A stretch of DNA of 64,000 bases. Source: Flavobacteriales bacterium (lineage in GTDB: Bacteria; Bacteroidota; Bacteroidia; Flavobacteriales_D; Crocinitomicaceae). This document shows positions 49,164-58,370 of this stretch, piece after piece. Location: NCBI GenBank assembly GCA_009885545.1, contig VFKM01000012.1:23667-87666 (forward strand), in the 5' to 3' direction. The notes under the pieces are model-generated. The model was given only the letters and a program-made list of their open reading frames with translations. It ran no database searches and was not told the DNA's origin. Position 1 is the stretch's first letter. Every line of letters starts with the position of its first letter. A program made the translations under genes and the position numbers.

Positions 49164-49658
49164 TTAAACCAACAAATCCCTTTTATCTTCAATATCATGA
49201 ATTAAATCAATCACTCTATCAAGATATTCTTTTTTCTCTTCCAAAGAAACTTCAACTTCTTCAAACAATAGCATCTTTAATGAATCATCGTTACCATAAC
49301 ATATTTCCATGATAGAAATATTTCCGCCCTTATACTTCAGGTAAGAATCAATGATTGATCTAAACAATCTTCTTCCAGCTACAGCATCTTTGGTATCTGG
49401 TGCCAATAGCGCCATTGTCTGCTCAATTCCATATGAGTCGATAGCCAATGTTGGATCAAGCTCAGGATATTGCTTCAAAAGCTTATTTGCAATTCTTGCT
49501 TTTTCTGCTGGAGTCAATTCTCTATGAATATAAGATAAAATTTCTCTAGCTTGGGATACTAACTTTTTTTTAAGATCTAAAGATTCTATATTACCATAGA
49601 ATCTTTCAGCTCTTTGTTTGACTCTTGTTTTTTTTGGTTTGAATGGGGAATCAATCAT
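49164..49658 (-). CDS. hypothetical helical protein (164 aa)
   Basis: ORF track. Confidence 0.65.
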   Translation of the reverse strand: MIDSPFKPKKTRVKQRAERFYGNIESLDLKKKLVSQAREILSYIHRELTPAEKARIANKLLKQYPELDPTLAIDSYGIEQTMALLAPDTKDAVAGRRLFRSIIDSYLKYKGGNISIMEICYGNDDSLKMLLFEEVEVSLEEKKEYLDRVIDLIHDIEDKRDLLV

Positions 49659-49702
49659 TTGATAGTTTTAAATATGATCAAAAACTATCAAATAACTTTA
49701 AA

Positions 49703-50347
49703 TTATTGTAACCCTGAAGTATTGACTCCAGGCAAAAATCCAGCAGAACCTCCACCAGAACCATTTTGTGGTCTATTGCTAATTGGGCTGTTAAAAGCCA
49801 GTTTTGCAAACAAAGAAGGATAACCGGCATGTGCTGCTTGTTGCTGGTTGTATCCGTTTCCATATACCATTTGTCGCTGCTGTGGTTGTTGTGGTTGATA
49901 ACCTCCATATCCTTGTTGTCCATAACCATTATTCATCGTTGGTTGTTGTTGAGGATATTGACCAGTCATTATTTGATTTAGTTGAGGAACCTGAACAACA
50001 GAAGAATTATTTCCGTTCATTCCTTGAAGACCATTCATCGTATCTTGATTCCAAAATTGCGGATCTACTTCTCCTGACTGTTGTTCAATGGCAGTTTCAA
50101 GAGTATCAGATAAAATTGATTCAAACATAGCTCTTTCTTTTGGTGTTTTACCAACAGATGCTGCAACTGATTTCACTCTTGGATCAAGTTGTTTTGGTTG
50201 ATTGTGAACTTGGTTTGAATGTAACATCTGCGGATTGGTATTGAATGATAAACGCTGTAGAGTTTCATTCAAGGAGCCGTCAGATACGAGCTCCATAATG
50301 CATTCTTTAATTATTTCTTTTAACTGAGATCTTTGAATTTTTGCCAT
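49703..50347 (-). CDS. head-module protein with a Q/N/G/Y-rich low-complexity C-terminal half (214 aa)
   Basis: ORF track. Lies directly downstream of the prohead protease, which is the position of a scaffold or core protein in T4. Confidence 0.65.
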   Translation of the reverse strand: MAKIQRSQLKEIIKECIMELVSDGSLNETLQRLSFNTNPQMLHSNQVHNQPKQLDPRVKSVAASVGKTPKERAMFESILSDTLETAIEQQSGEVDPQFWNQDTMNGLQGMNGNNSSVVQVPQLNQIMTGQYPQQQPTMNNGYGQQGYGGYQPQQPQQRQMVYGNGYNQQQAAHAGYPSLFAKLAFNSPISNRPQNGSGGGSAGFLPGVNTSGLQ

Positions 50348-50401
50348 GTTATTCTTTAATTATTAATTAAACTTTATTGGTTGTATCTGAAAATATAAAA
50401 A

Positions 50402-51034
50402 TCATTTGCTCGATTTAATCGATAGTATTTCATTTAAAATTCTATCAAGTCTATCTGGTTTAGATAAATTAGATTTATAATCTCTATAATCAACTAATTT
50501 AGCTTCTGCAAGAGACATAAAACTATTTTTTGTAGATGGTTCGCTAACAAAATCAAAGCAAACTAATTGTAAATCGTCTTGAACAATTTTTGCATTGTCT
50601 CTTTCTTCAAGAGAACCCAAGGCTCTTGAAGAAATCCCAGGTTTTCCACCAGCTCTAATCAATGCTTTTACAATTTCTCCACAAGGAGTATCAATGATTT
50701 GAACTTTCCCCATCACAGTATCTCCATCCATCCAAATTTCTTTGACTAGATGAGAAGCATTTTTTAGGTTAATAATAGGATTATCAGCATGATCTAATTC
50801 TCCCCATGCCCTGTTTTCACTAATAAGTTTTTGATAATTCTTAAGCTCTCTTACAAGAATATCTCGTGGATAAATCCTGCCATTTTGATTCAACGTATTG
50901 CATCTTTGTAAAATGCCTTTAAGAATCATGGGTTTTTTTGGATCATCTAATGAATTTTTAGCATCTTGCTCATCATAATCAAAGGTTGCATATTCCTTTA
51001 AAAGATAAATTGGCTTTTTTGTTTCTTCTTTCAT
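50402..51034 (-). CDS. gp21: prohead core protease (T4 gp21-like)
   Basis: RIYPRDIL...AWGELDH...GISSRALGS is collinear with T4 gp21 RLYPKRIL...ALGELNHP...GVSSRGLGS. Confidence 0.8.
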   Translation of the reverse strand: MKEETKKPIYLLKEYATFDYDEQDAKNSLDDPKKPMILKGILQRCNTLNQNGRIYPRDILVRELKNYQKLISENRAWGELDHADNPIINLKNASHLVKEIWMDGDTVMGKVQIIDTPCGEIVKALIRAGGKPGISSRALGSLEERDNAKIVQDDLQLVCFDFVSEPSTKNSFMSLAEAKLVDYRDYKSNLSKPDRLDRILNEILSIKSSK

Positions 51035-51894
51035 TTTGAATCTAACTCAGTTTCTAAGTTTGGTAAACTTAAATAAAACGCTATAACTTCATCATTTAAA
51101 TCAACACAAAATTTATATTCATTTAAAATCGATTTAACTGACTCTAATTTCTCTGAGAGTACTTTGTCCATCTGGAATTCTTTAAGCCCTAGATCGACCT
51201 TGTACGCAATCCTAGAGCCAAGTTTCTTGAGAGATTCAACAAGGGTTTTCCTAGCATCTTGGTTATCTTCAATAAAAACATAATTTTGCACTATGTGACG
51301 TTGCTCATCAGACAAATCAGAAAATTTTTTATTTACTTTTTCTGTCATGATAGAAACAGTCATCTTATCAACATCATCAACCTTCATCTCTAAAACATCA
51401 TTTAGTTTCATTGGAGATTCTCCTGAACAGAGATGCTCAATTAGTTTCTCTTCAAGCTCAACAATTTCAGTAATTGATTCAACAAGATTTTTTGATCTCC
51501 ATTCATTTAACAATACTTGTATTGTTGCATAAGACTTATAATCTTCTATTGAACGATTAAAGAACTGATCGTCACCAAGAGTTATATTAATTTCATGAAT
51601 CAACGATGTTTTTTCTAGATCAAGTCTTGTTTGAGATTGTGTCCTTAAACCTTCTCTTACTCTATTAAGAAGATGGATCGCTCTATCTCTTGTTGGAGTT
51701 TTTGTAGAATGGAGAGAACGAAAAAGCTTTAACTCTTCATGAAGATCAGTTTTTTTATTAAAATGTTTTTGAATAATAGTTTTTGCTTTTGTAATTTTGT
51801 CGTCTTGTCCCTCAATGATCGCTTGTCCAATATATCTGGCAAGAAACTCATAGACTAGTCCAACATTTCTTTTCTTGTTGTGCTTTAATGGCAT
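51031..51894 (-). CDS. helical scaffold-like protein (287 aa)
   Basis: Lies between portal and protease. Charged and helical. Start trimmed to ATG 51892-51894, and its stop overlaps the protease start (ATGA). Confidence 0.55.
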   Translation of the reverse strand: MPLKHNKKRNVGLVYEFLARYIGQAIIEGQDDKITKAKTIIQKHFNKKTDLHEELKLFRSLHSTKTPTRDRAIHLLNRVREGLRTQSQTRLDLEKTSLIHEINITLGDDQFFNRSIEDYKSYATIQVLLNEWRSKNLVESITEIVELEEKLIEHLCSGESPMKLNDVLEMKVDDVDKMTVSIMTEKVNKKFSDLSDEQRHIVQNYVFIEDNQDARKTLVESLKKLGSRIAYKVDLGLKEFQMDKVLSEKLESVKSILNEYKFCVDLNDEVIAFYLSLPNLETELDSK

Positions 51895-51935
51895 TGTGTT
51901 TCTGTAGCTTAAATATAAAGCAGATTTAAATAAAA

Positions 51936-54900
51936 TCAACTATCTTCAAAAAGTTGATCCTCAAGCAACAACATTTCATCATCACTATCATCAAGAATCC
52001 TGCTGTCACTCAAAATATCTAAATCAATAACTTCCTTACTCTTTCTTGTTACTTCATCAAATCTTCTTAGAGCAGAAGCAACATCCCTAGGAACACCAAG
52101 CGGAATAATCTTTTTACTTTCATTTAAATCATCAGCGAAAAGTTCTTCATTGATTTGATTTTTTATATATTCATAATCATATGGATCTTTTGTCTGTCTG
52201 TTGTTGGCACTATTAATTTGATTAATGTCAGGAGAAACCAAAGCACCTCTTCCAGTAAATTCCTTACTTCTCCTTGTCTGTCTTCTAAGTCTTTGTATAT
52301 TTGGATTAGGATTTGCAGATATTGGAAGTTTGTTTGTTTTCATTACTTTACTTAACAAAGAATCAGAGGATGGCTCTGGTATCTTGATCTTTGTTCTTTG
52401 TTGAACAGCATCATTACTTGAAGCCTGTAGTTGTTGCGGCATAGATGCTGCTGGAATTTTGTTATAGTTCTCTGGGTCAAATGGATCAATAATAGCCTCT
52501 CCATCCTTATCTTCTTTTGGAGCAGCCTCAGCAAGTTGTCTTAATTGAGCAACCCTGATTTGATCTTGTTGAGCTCCAATCCTCATTTTTACTATTTGTT
52601 CCATACGAAAACCAAGAATTTCTTTCTGGATATATTCCATGTCCATCAATCCAGTTTCTTTGGAGAGCTCCCATGCTTTTGTTGCAATATCAATTTTAGA
52701 ACCAACAAGAGCTAGTTTTTGCTGTAGAGCAACTGTGCTAGGATTGGAAAACTTAAGCTCAAAATCAAGAAGTGATTCCCCTGTAAATCCTTTAGCATAT
52801 AAATGAATAATAGCAAGTTTATTAAACTCAGCCACCATAATCTTTTGAAGAACTGAAATGGTGCGGGAAAATCTTATGTCCAACTGGCTAAGTGTAGCTT
52901 TGGATCCAGTACCCTCAGAATAAGATATATAAGCTTTAGGAACCTTTAAAGCAGCAATGAGTTTGTTTCTCATATATTCGACATCTTCCACTGCTGCTGC
53001 ATTGGTTCCGCCTGGAAGAGAATCAATTTTTGTTAAACTGTTAGTTTTTGTTGGAAGAAAGATATCATCTTCAATGCTCAAAGCATTATATCTATGATCT
53101 TGTCTCCCTGTCAAACGATCCATTACAGAATTACCTTTTATGGTTTCTTTTATTGCTTCCATATATTGTGGAATATCGTTTGGATTCATTCCACTTACAT
53201 CAATATAAAAAGCTCTGCGCTCTGGAGCTCTTACAATCCTGTAGATAAGCATTGCATCCTCTAACATAGAATTGTGACCAACAACACCATTAGCAATAAA
53301 ATTATGAGTTGGATGATCTACTTCTAGATCATAAGTTTCATCCTCTTCTATTTCTTTAATACCTGTTACCGCCTCTAAACTAAAACTATTTGTATTAATA
53401 TATTTTAAATCGACAAGAAGCCTGTAAGATGTTTGTCTTTTTATAATTTTATTAAAGGCAGGATAATATCCTTCTACATGGCCAATTACGGATGACTTAC
53501 CGACATTTACCCCGGATTGTTGGCAAAGTATCTTCACATCTTCAATTAAACCTTTGTTGGAAAGCGAGAGTGTTTTACCTTTCCTGCTGCCATCAGCATC
53601 ATAAATTCCTTGGACAAATCCAATTCTAGATGCTTGAGGCAAAGAATAAATCCATTCTGGAACCCTTTTTTTGGCGAATCCAGTAATAAATCCTGCTTTC
53701 CTAAAAATATCACAAATTTCTGTTGAATCAAAATTAACTTGTCCACCACGACCAATAGATGGAATGGAAATACGATATTTTATATTTGGGAATATTTTTT
53801 TAATCAATCCAAGATAATATTGATTCATTTCTTCGTATATACCAAGAGCGAATCCAAACTTATGCTCATTAACCCATCCATCTCCAAGCATAAATCCAAA
53901 AAATTTTACAAAATCATCTGTAATATCAAACTTAAAATCATTGAGAAATGATTTGTTTTTTGATTGTTTTTGGTAAAAATCCACATTCGTATTTTTTTCT
54001 GTAATGACATGACGTAATTTTTTATAATCAGAAAATGATATTTTTCTTTTTGCATTTAGGAAACCATGAGCATTTTTATATTTGCAACTAAGATTTAAAT
54101 CTTTTAATACTTTTACGATACCAAGAGCAATATATTTGGTTTTCTTTTGAAGTTTAACTGAGTATGTTTCCGGATCTAATTCTATTATTTTTAATGAATT
54201 ATTTGGAAAATTTATTGCAGGCAAGATTAATTTATCTGCTAATTCATATTCATTTTTACTTGTACTCTTAGCAATAATTAAGTCTTTTGCTTGTTTATAA
54301 TGATAGGCACCACTTTTATCAAAAACTAACATTCCATGATTAGGGGTTACATCAATCTGTCTATGGGTTGTAAAAACTCTAACAAGCTTTTGTTTCCCCA
54401 TACTAATATTATGTTTTACTTGCGTCTCAATTAGAGAAGACTCATTTGTATCAAATGAGTAAACAGTATCATTTTTTTGAACATTTTGAATTTCTTTATA
54501 GCCATGATCCTTCACCCATACTTGAGTTCCTGTTCTATAACACAATTGTCTATGTGGGCGCACAGCAGATTCTAGAATGCTTTGACCGTAAGGTAAGAAT
54601 TCATCGTTTCCAAGAATTCTGAAATGGAGCATTTGCCAATTCTCCAAATATTTTCCTCCTCTTGACAAAAGCTTAAATCTTACTGCGTAAGGATCATTTG
54701 GATTATATCCATCTTCTCTCTCAACTTCATTAACAGGAATCGGTTCAACATTAACAACTCCTTCTCCTGGAGCTACTTCAATATAACGAAAAAAGTCTCC
54801 ATTTTTGATAAGGTTTCTTATATCTCTTATTGCTTCAAATTCAATGTTATAAACATCATTAAAAAGTTCTTCTAAAGCTTTTTGAATTTGTGGATTATCA

Positions 54901-55292
54901 CTGAATACATGGAAAGATTTCCCATGCTCATCTCCTGAACATACCTCATGAGATATGACATCCAAAGCTGTATTAACTTCTGCTGTCTGCTCCATGCTGG
55001 AGAATTCTTGATATCTTGTCATACGATTTAGAAGACCATATGCTCCTTGAATCGAGAATGGAGAATTCTCTCTTTTGAATGCTGAGCCTCCGTAATAGCC
55101 GAGATTGCTATGGACAACAGAATTATCATAGAAATTTTTAGGATCTTTTCCTTTAATTTTTCTTCTTAGGGCTGGCCCTGAAGAGAACAATCTTCCTAGC
55201 CTTTTATAGAAATTTTCATCGCGAGGTTGAGCCATGTTATTAACGAATAAGTATTGTTCCTTTATTTGTGGATTGATGAACTCTAAAAGCAT
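51936..55292 (-). CDS. gp20: portal protein (T4 gp20-like) interrupted by an intein
   Basis: The C-extein LEDAMLIYRIVRAPERRAFYIDVSGM...DSLPGG is collinear with T4 gp20 [26 protein letters not shown]...DTLPGA. The extein total is about 694 aa. Confidence 0.85.
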   Translation of the reverse strand: MLLEFINPQIKEQYLFVNNMAQPRDENFYKRLGRLFSSGPALRRKIKGKDPKNFYDNSVVHSNLGYYGGSAFKRENSPFSIQGAYGLLNRMTRYQEFSSMEQTAEVNTALDVISHEVCSGDEHGKSFHVFSDNPQIQKALEELFNDVYNIEFEAIRDIRNLIKNGDFFRYIEVAPGEGVVNVEPIPVNEVEREDGYNPNDPYAVRFKLLSRGGKYLENWQMLHFRILGNDEFLPYGQSILESAVRPHRQLCYRTGTQVWVKDHGYKEIQNVQKNDTVYSFDTNESSLIETQVKHNISMGKQKLVRVFTTHRQIDVTPNHGMLVFDKSGAYHYKQAKDLIIAKSTSKNEYELADKLILPAINFPNNSLKIIELDPETYSVKLQKKTKYIALGIVKVLKDLNLSCKYKNAHGFLNAKRKISFSDYKKLRHVITEKNTNVDFYQKQSKNKSFLNDFKFDITDDFVKFFGFMLGDGWVNEHKFGFALGIYEEMNQYYLGLIKKIFPNIKYRISIPSIGRGGQVNFDSTEICDIFRKAGFITGFAKKRVPEWIYSLPQASRIGFVQGIYDADGSRKGKTLSLSNKGLIEDVKILCQQSGVNVGKSSVIGHVEGYYPAFNKIIKRQTSYRLLVDLKYINTNSFSLEAVTGIKEIEEDETYDLEVDHPTHNFIANGVVGHNSMLEDAMLIYRIVRAPERRAFYIDVSGMNPNDIPQYMEAIKETIKGNSVMDRLTGRQDHRYNALSIEDDIFLPTKTNSLTKIDSLPGGTNAAAVEDVEYMRNKLIAALKVPKAYISYSEGTGSKATLSQLDIRFSRTISVLQKIMVAEFNKLAIIHLYAKGFTGESLLDFELKFSNPSTVALQQKLALVGSKIDIATKAWELSKETGLMDMEYIQKEILGFRMEQIVKMRIGAQQDQIRVAQLRQLAEAAPKEDKDGEAIIDPFDPENYNKIPAASMPQQLQASSNDAVQQRTKIKIPEPSSDSLLSKVMKTNKLPISANPNPNIQRLRRQTRRSKEFTGRGALVSPDINQINSANNRQTKDPYDYEYIKNQINEELFADDLNESKKIIPLGVPRDVASALRRFDEVTRKSKEVIDLDILSDSRILDDSDDEMLLLEDQLFEDS
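53271..54542 (-). mobile_element. class 1 intein with a LAGLIDADG homing endonuclease (424 aa)
   Basis: - Cys1 is TGT 54540-54542, after RQL.
- Block B is TPNHGM.
- LAGLIDADG motifs are FFGFMLGDGWV and FVQGIYDADGS.
- The C terminus is NGVVGHN followed by Ser+1 (53268-53270). Confidence 0.85.
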
Positions 55293-55312
55293 TACAATCT
55301 ATTTAATTCAAT

Positions 55313-56392
55313 ATGGCAAAGAAAGAACTTACAAAGCGACAATTACAAGAATTCATAGATGCCACAACAAAAAAAGCTTTTTTATCCGAGGATTACGATG
55401 GCGGTTATGGTGACTATGGTGATTACGGAGGTGGCGGTGGAGGATATGGAGGAGGTCATGATGCTGGTAATATAAGAGGATTAGGTGGTATTGCCGGGAT
55501 GTTTCTCAATCCATTACTTGATGTAGGTAGAACAGCTATGAAAACAGTTAAAGGAACAGCCATAAAACTAAAGAATTTTGGTGCTGGTGTTGTTAGCAGT
55601 ATTATCGCTGGAGCCTTACCATCTTTCATGACAGCAGATAAAAATAATAAAGGCGGCAAAACTGTTTCTGGTGAATTCAATAAATTTAGAACGAAAGATC
55701 AAAGAGAGTTAGCTGCTCTTGAAGGACAATATAAAGATGTTATTGAAAGAACAAGATCCGCATTAGCAAATGATGATGTTTGGGGAATAACATTCTTGTT
55801 AGATCCTGTCAGTGTAATCGCTGCTAGTCTTGTATCAAAAGCCCCAGGAGTTGCATTCGGTGTTTTGGATGCTGCATCAGCAGGAATGGCAACTAATATT
55901 CTTAATAGAATAAGAAGACCGACCAGTGTAAATCCTTACAATTATTATGATCATGATGATCATGGAGGATGGAAAAAACATGTTGGTTATCTTGGAGAAG
56001 AAACAGAAGAGCAAATAAAAGCTGATCCTAAAGAAGTTGCTAAAGTTGCAAATGATCCTAGAATAATTCATGCATTAGAAGGCAGTAAAATGATTCAAGA
56101 TATGAAGGCGGCAGGAGCAAGGATACTTGCTGACAGGGCCAATTCTATATTAAATGCAAAAACTGTTGAAGAGATGTCGAGAGCTTTAGGTAAAAATATT
56201 CAACAAGATATTGAAACTGCGATCAAAAAAGATAATATTAAACAATCAGATCACAATAAGTTTATTCAGGATTTTTTGTTAAGTTTGAAACAAGAATTCA
56301 AAACAAAATACATACAGCAATTGAATGCAATGGCAGCTTCTAATCCTGGAATGAGTGAAGCTATTGAAATGGCTTTAAAACAAATAAAATGA
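55313..56392 (+). CDS. hypothetical protein with a G/Y/D-rich N-terminal tract (359 aa)
   Basis: ORF track. Divergent from the portal gene. Confidence 0.65.
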   Translation: MAKKELTKRQLQEFIDATTKKAFLSEDYDGGYGDYGDYGGGGGGYGGGHDAGNIRGLGGIAGMFLNPLLDVGRTAMKTVKGTAIKLKNFGAGVVSSIIAGALPSFMTADKNNKGGKTVSGEFNKFRTKDQRELAALEGQYKDVIERTRSALANDDVWGITFLLDPVSVIAASLVSKAPGVAFGVLDAASAGMATNILNRIRRPTSVNPYNYYDHDDHGGWKKHVGYLGEETEEQIKADPKEVAKVANDPRIIHALEGSKMIQDMKAAGARILADRANSILNAKTVEEMSRALGKNIQQDIETAIKKDNIKQSDHNKFIQDFLLSLKQEFKTKYIQQLNAMAASNPGMSEAIEMALKQIK

Positions 56393-56602
56393 TTATGAGA
56401 CAAATTTACAGCAGATAAACCATGCCTCCGCGTCTTTTGTTTTAAATCTGCTAAAAGATTTTAAATGAAGATAAGTCAAGATAAAAGGTGACACTTCTAT
56501 TACCAACAAACAATCTCCTTTAAGGACCAAATCATGACCATCAGGCTCAAATTGTCATAAACTGCCAACTTCAATTTGTGAAAGACAATTATATAGTTTC
56601 AT
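56393..56602 (-). pseudogene. GxLY-family member with an in-frame TGA
   Basis: MKLYNCLSQIEVGSL-TGA(56555-56557)-QFEPDGHDLVLKGDCLLVIEV...CKFVS stop. The stop falls where the family has Y. Confidence 0.5.
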
Positions 56603-56608
56603 GTTTTC

Positions 56609-56812
56609 TTAACTGACAAATTCATAAAAATATGAAAAGTCACTCTTTGATATTACCAAAAAACAAACTACTCTTCTATTGCAATGATATGCCTTTATTT
56701 CATACATGTTATTTATATCGATTTTAACAGAGCAAATTAGAAAAAACAAGGGAAGGCGACCCACCTCATATTTGTATAAACTACCGACCTGTGGTATCAT
56801 ACTTGGTTCCAT
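56609..56812 (-). CDS. GxLY-family small protein
   Basis: Motifs VGSLYKY ... EFVS stop. Start trimmed to ATG 56810-56812. Confidence 0.65.
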   Translation of the reverse strand: MEPSMIPQVGSLYKYEVGRLPLFFLICSVKIDINNMYEIKAYHCNRRVVCFLVISKSDFSYFYEFVS

Positions 56813-56813
56813 A

Positions 56814-57014
56814 TTAACTGATAAAATCAAAATATCGCGATAGATCTTTTTTCATAAGTTCATACCAATAAAATTTTTTAGTTTTAAAGCAATAAAAATA
56901 AATTTTATAGTATGATCCTTGAATGTGTCTTACCGAATAAACTAAAGAATAGTCAGATATAGTAAACTTTTTTCTATATAAATCACCAGGATTACATGTA
57001 AATTCATCACTCAT
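56814..57014 (-). CDS. GxLY-family small protein
   Basis: Motifs PGDLYRK ... DFIS stop. Confidence 0.65.
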   Translation of the reverse strand: MSDEFTCNPGDLYRKKFTISDYSLVYSVRHIQGSYYKIYFYCFKTKKFYWYELMKKDLSRYFDFIS

Positions 57015-57019
57015 ATTTG

Positions 57020-57238
57020 TTAGCTAATAAATTTAAATAACTTAGGGATCTCATCGGAAAAGTATGCATGATAAATAATTTTTCCTATTTTAGGAAACCA
57101 CATTTTAACACGATATGAAGTTTGTTTTCTATCTATTTCAAGAATAAGAAACAGTAAATTTTTATCACCATTAATAGAATTAATAGAGATAGCACCAGTA
57201 TACTGGTAGAGATCACCAACTGATAGCTTTTTTTTCAT
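57020..57238 (-). CDS. GxLY-family small protein
   Basis: Motifs VGDLYQY ... LLFLILEI ... KFIS stop. Confidence 0.65.
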   Translation of the reverse strand: MKKKLSVGDLYQYTGAISINSINGDKNLLFLILEIDRKQTSYRVKMWFPKIGKIIYHAYFSDEIPKLFKFIS

Positions 57239-57477
57239 CGGCTTAAAAGACCAAATAAATAATGAAAAGATTCAATTCGATATTCATTATTAGAAACAAC
57301 TCCAGAGCGTAGCCAAAATATTTTAGCTTTTATTATTTCTGTACGATATACAAAGTCCCCTATATCAGATCTTTTTACCTCCAATATAATACATAACTTA
57401 TCATCATCATGAAATCGTAAATCATGCAATTTATACAAATCGCCTACTTCTGGTATTTTAAATCCAATATTTTCCAT
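57235..57477 (-). CDS. GxLY-family small protein
   Basis: Motifs VGDLYKL ... KLCIILEV. Confidence 0.65.
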   Translation of the reverse strand: MENIGFKIPEVGDLYKLHDLRFHDDDKLCIILEVKRSDIGDFVYRTEIIKAKIFWLRSGVVSNNEYRIESFHYLFGLLSR

Positions 57478-57482
57478 GATTA

Positions 57483-57695
57483 TCAGCTAACAAACTTACA
57501 ATATTTCTGGAATTCGTCTTCAAAAGATAATAAACTCCCTATACTCTTATCATTTGGATAATATGCTTCGATCTCTATGATTCGTCTATTATCTTCATAT
57601 TCATATTTTTTTATGAAAAGAACAATAAAAAATGAATGCGTAGAGTCAACACAAGAATATAAATCACCTATTTTTGGTTTGTGATTATTTGTCAT
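57483..57695 (-). CDS. GxLY-family small protein
   Basis: Motifs IGDLYSC ... FFIVLFI ... KFVS stop. Confidence 0.65.
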   Translation of the reverse strand: MTNNHKPKIGDLYSCVDSTHSFFIVLFIKKYEYEDNRRIIEIEAYYPNDKSIGSLLSFEDEFQKYCKFVS

Positions 57696-57752
57696 GATTT
57701 AATCTGATTAAATTTCAAACTTGTCTAGGAAATGGAATCAAACTTTGCATTA

Positions 57753-57788
57753 TTGATTCTTTAAAACAAAGTTATTTTAAAGAATCAA
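57753..57788. terminator. 14-bp perfect hairpin
   Basis: TTGATTCTTTAAAA-caaagtta-TTTTAAAGAATCAA in an ORF-poor intergenic region. Confidence 0.45.
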
Positions 57789-57840
57789 CAGCGAAACCTT
57801 ATCTTGAAATAATAAAAAACTATTGTTAACGATTATCTAT

Positions 57841-57864
57841 AGGACTGCTGGGTATCGAACCCAG
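57841..57864 (-). other. tRNA 3'-fragment-like sequence (T-arm plus 3' acceptor strand)
   Basis: The minus strand reads CTGGG-TTCGATA-CCCAG-CAGTCCT. No matching 5' acceptor strand, D-arm or anticodon arm lies upstream. Confidence 0.4.
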
Positions 57865-58370
57865 GTCTTGAAATATATTTGAAGGACATTTACGTGGCCT
57901 ATTCTAGATTAATAAATTAAACAACTTCTAGACAAATCATTTAAAGTTTCTTTTATAATCTTAATGTTTTTTATCAAAAGAATTTTAAAAACATCCAGTC
58001 CGATTGTTTTCACCTTTCACAAACTACGAACAGAAATCCATGAAAGATGTGTTCTTAACTATGCCGCAACGGCATAGGGAGCAGATGTTGCATTATCATT
58101 TGCAATTATGTTTGCTTGTTTTTTTATGTGGCCACAGCACCACAACCACGTATTCATTTCTCTTATATCCCAATCGAATCCTTTCAGCCCTAAAACTAAG
58201 TATGATACTTTCCCTCACAAATATCAACCAAATAATAATTTATCTTTACGAACAATCTTCCATGAGATTTATCATGAGAATTCAAGTGCTTGCTAGCAGG
58301 CACAAACAAAATCTCTTGCAAACCAAAAAAATATATGGCAAGGTATGTTTACCGATAAGGAAAGAAGTAA

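Noticed and set aside
49678-50130. ORFs 49678..49929, 49766..49981 and 49804..50130, which overlap the Q/N-rich gene.
   Set aside because: They are alternative-frame and antisense artefacts of the low-complexity CAA/CAG/GGT repeat region. Their products are V/L-rich nonsense sequences with no start signals.
56555-56557. TGA recoding (genetic code 4 or 25) to explain the in-frame TGA in the family member.
   Set aside because: TGA terminates many well-supported genes here, for example the stops embedded in TTGATA at 512, 8169, 9692, 11178 and 22579. A pseudogene is the simpler explanation.
57800-57915. A complete tRNA gene around the T-arm at 57848-57864.
   Set aside because: There is no complementary 5' acceptor strand (AGGACTG), no D-arm and no 5-bp/7-nt anticodon arm within 100 nt upstream. 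Only the 3' fragment is present.
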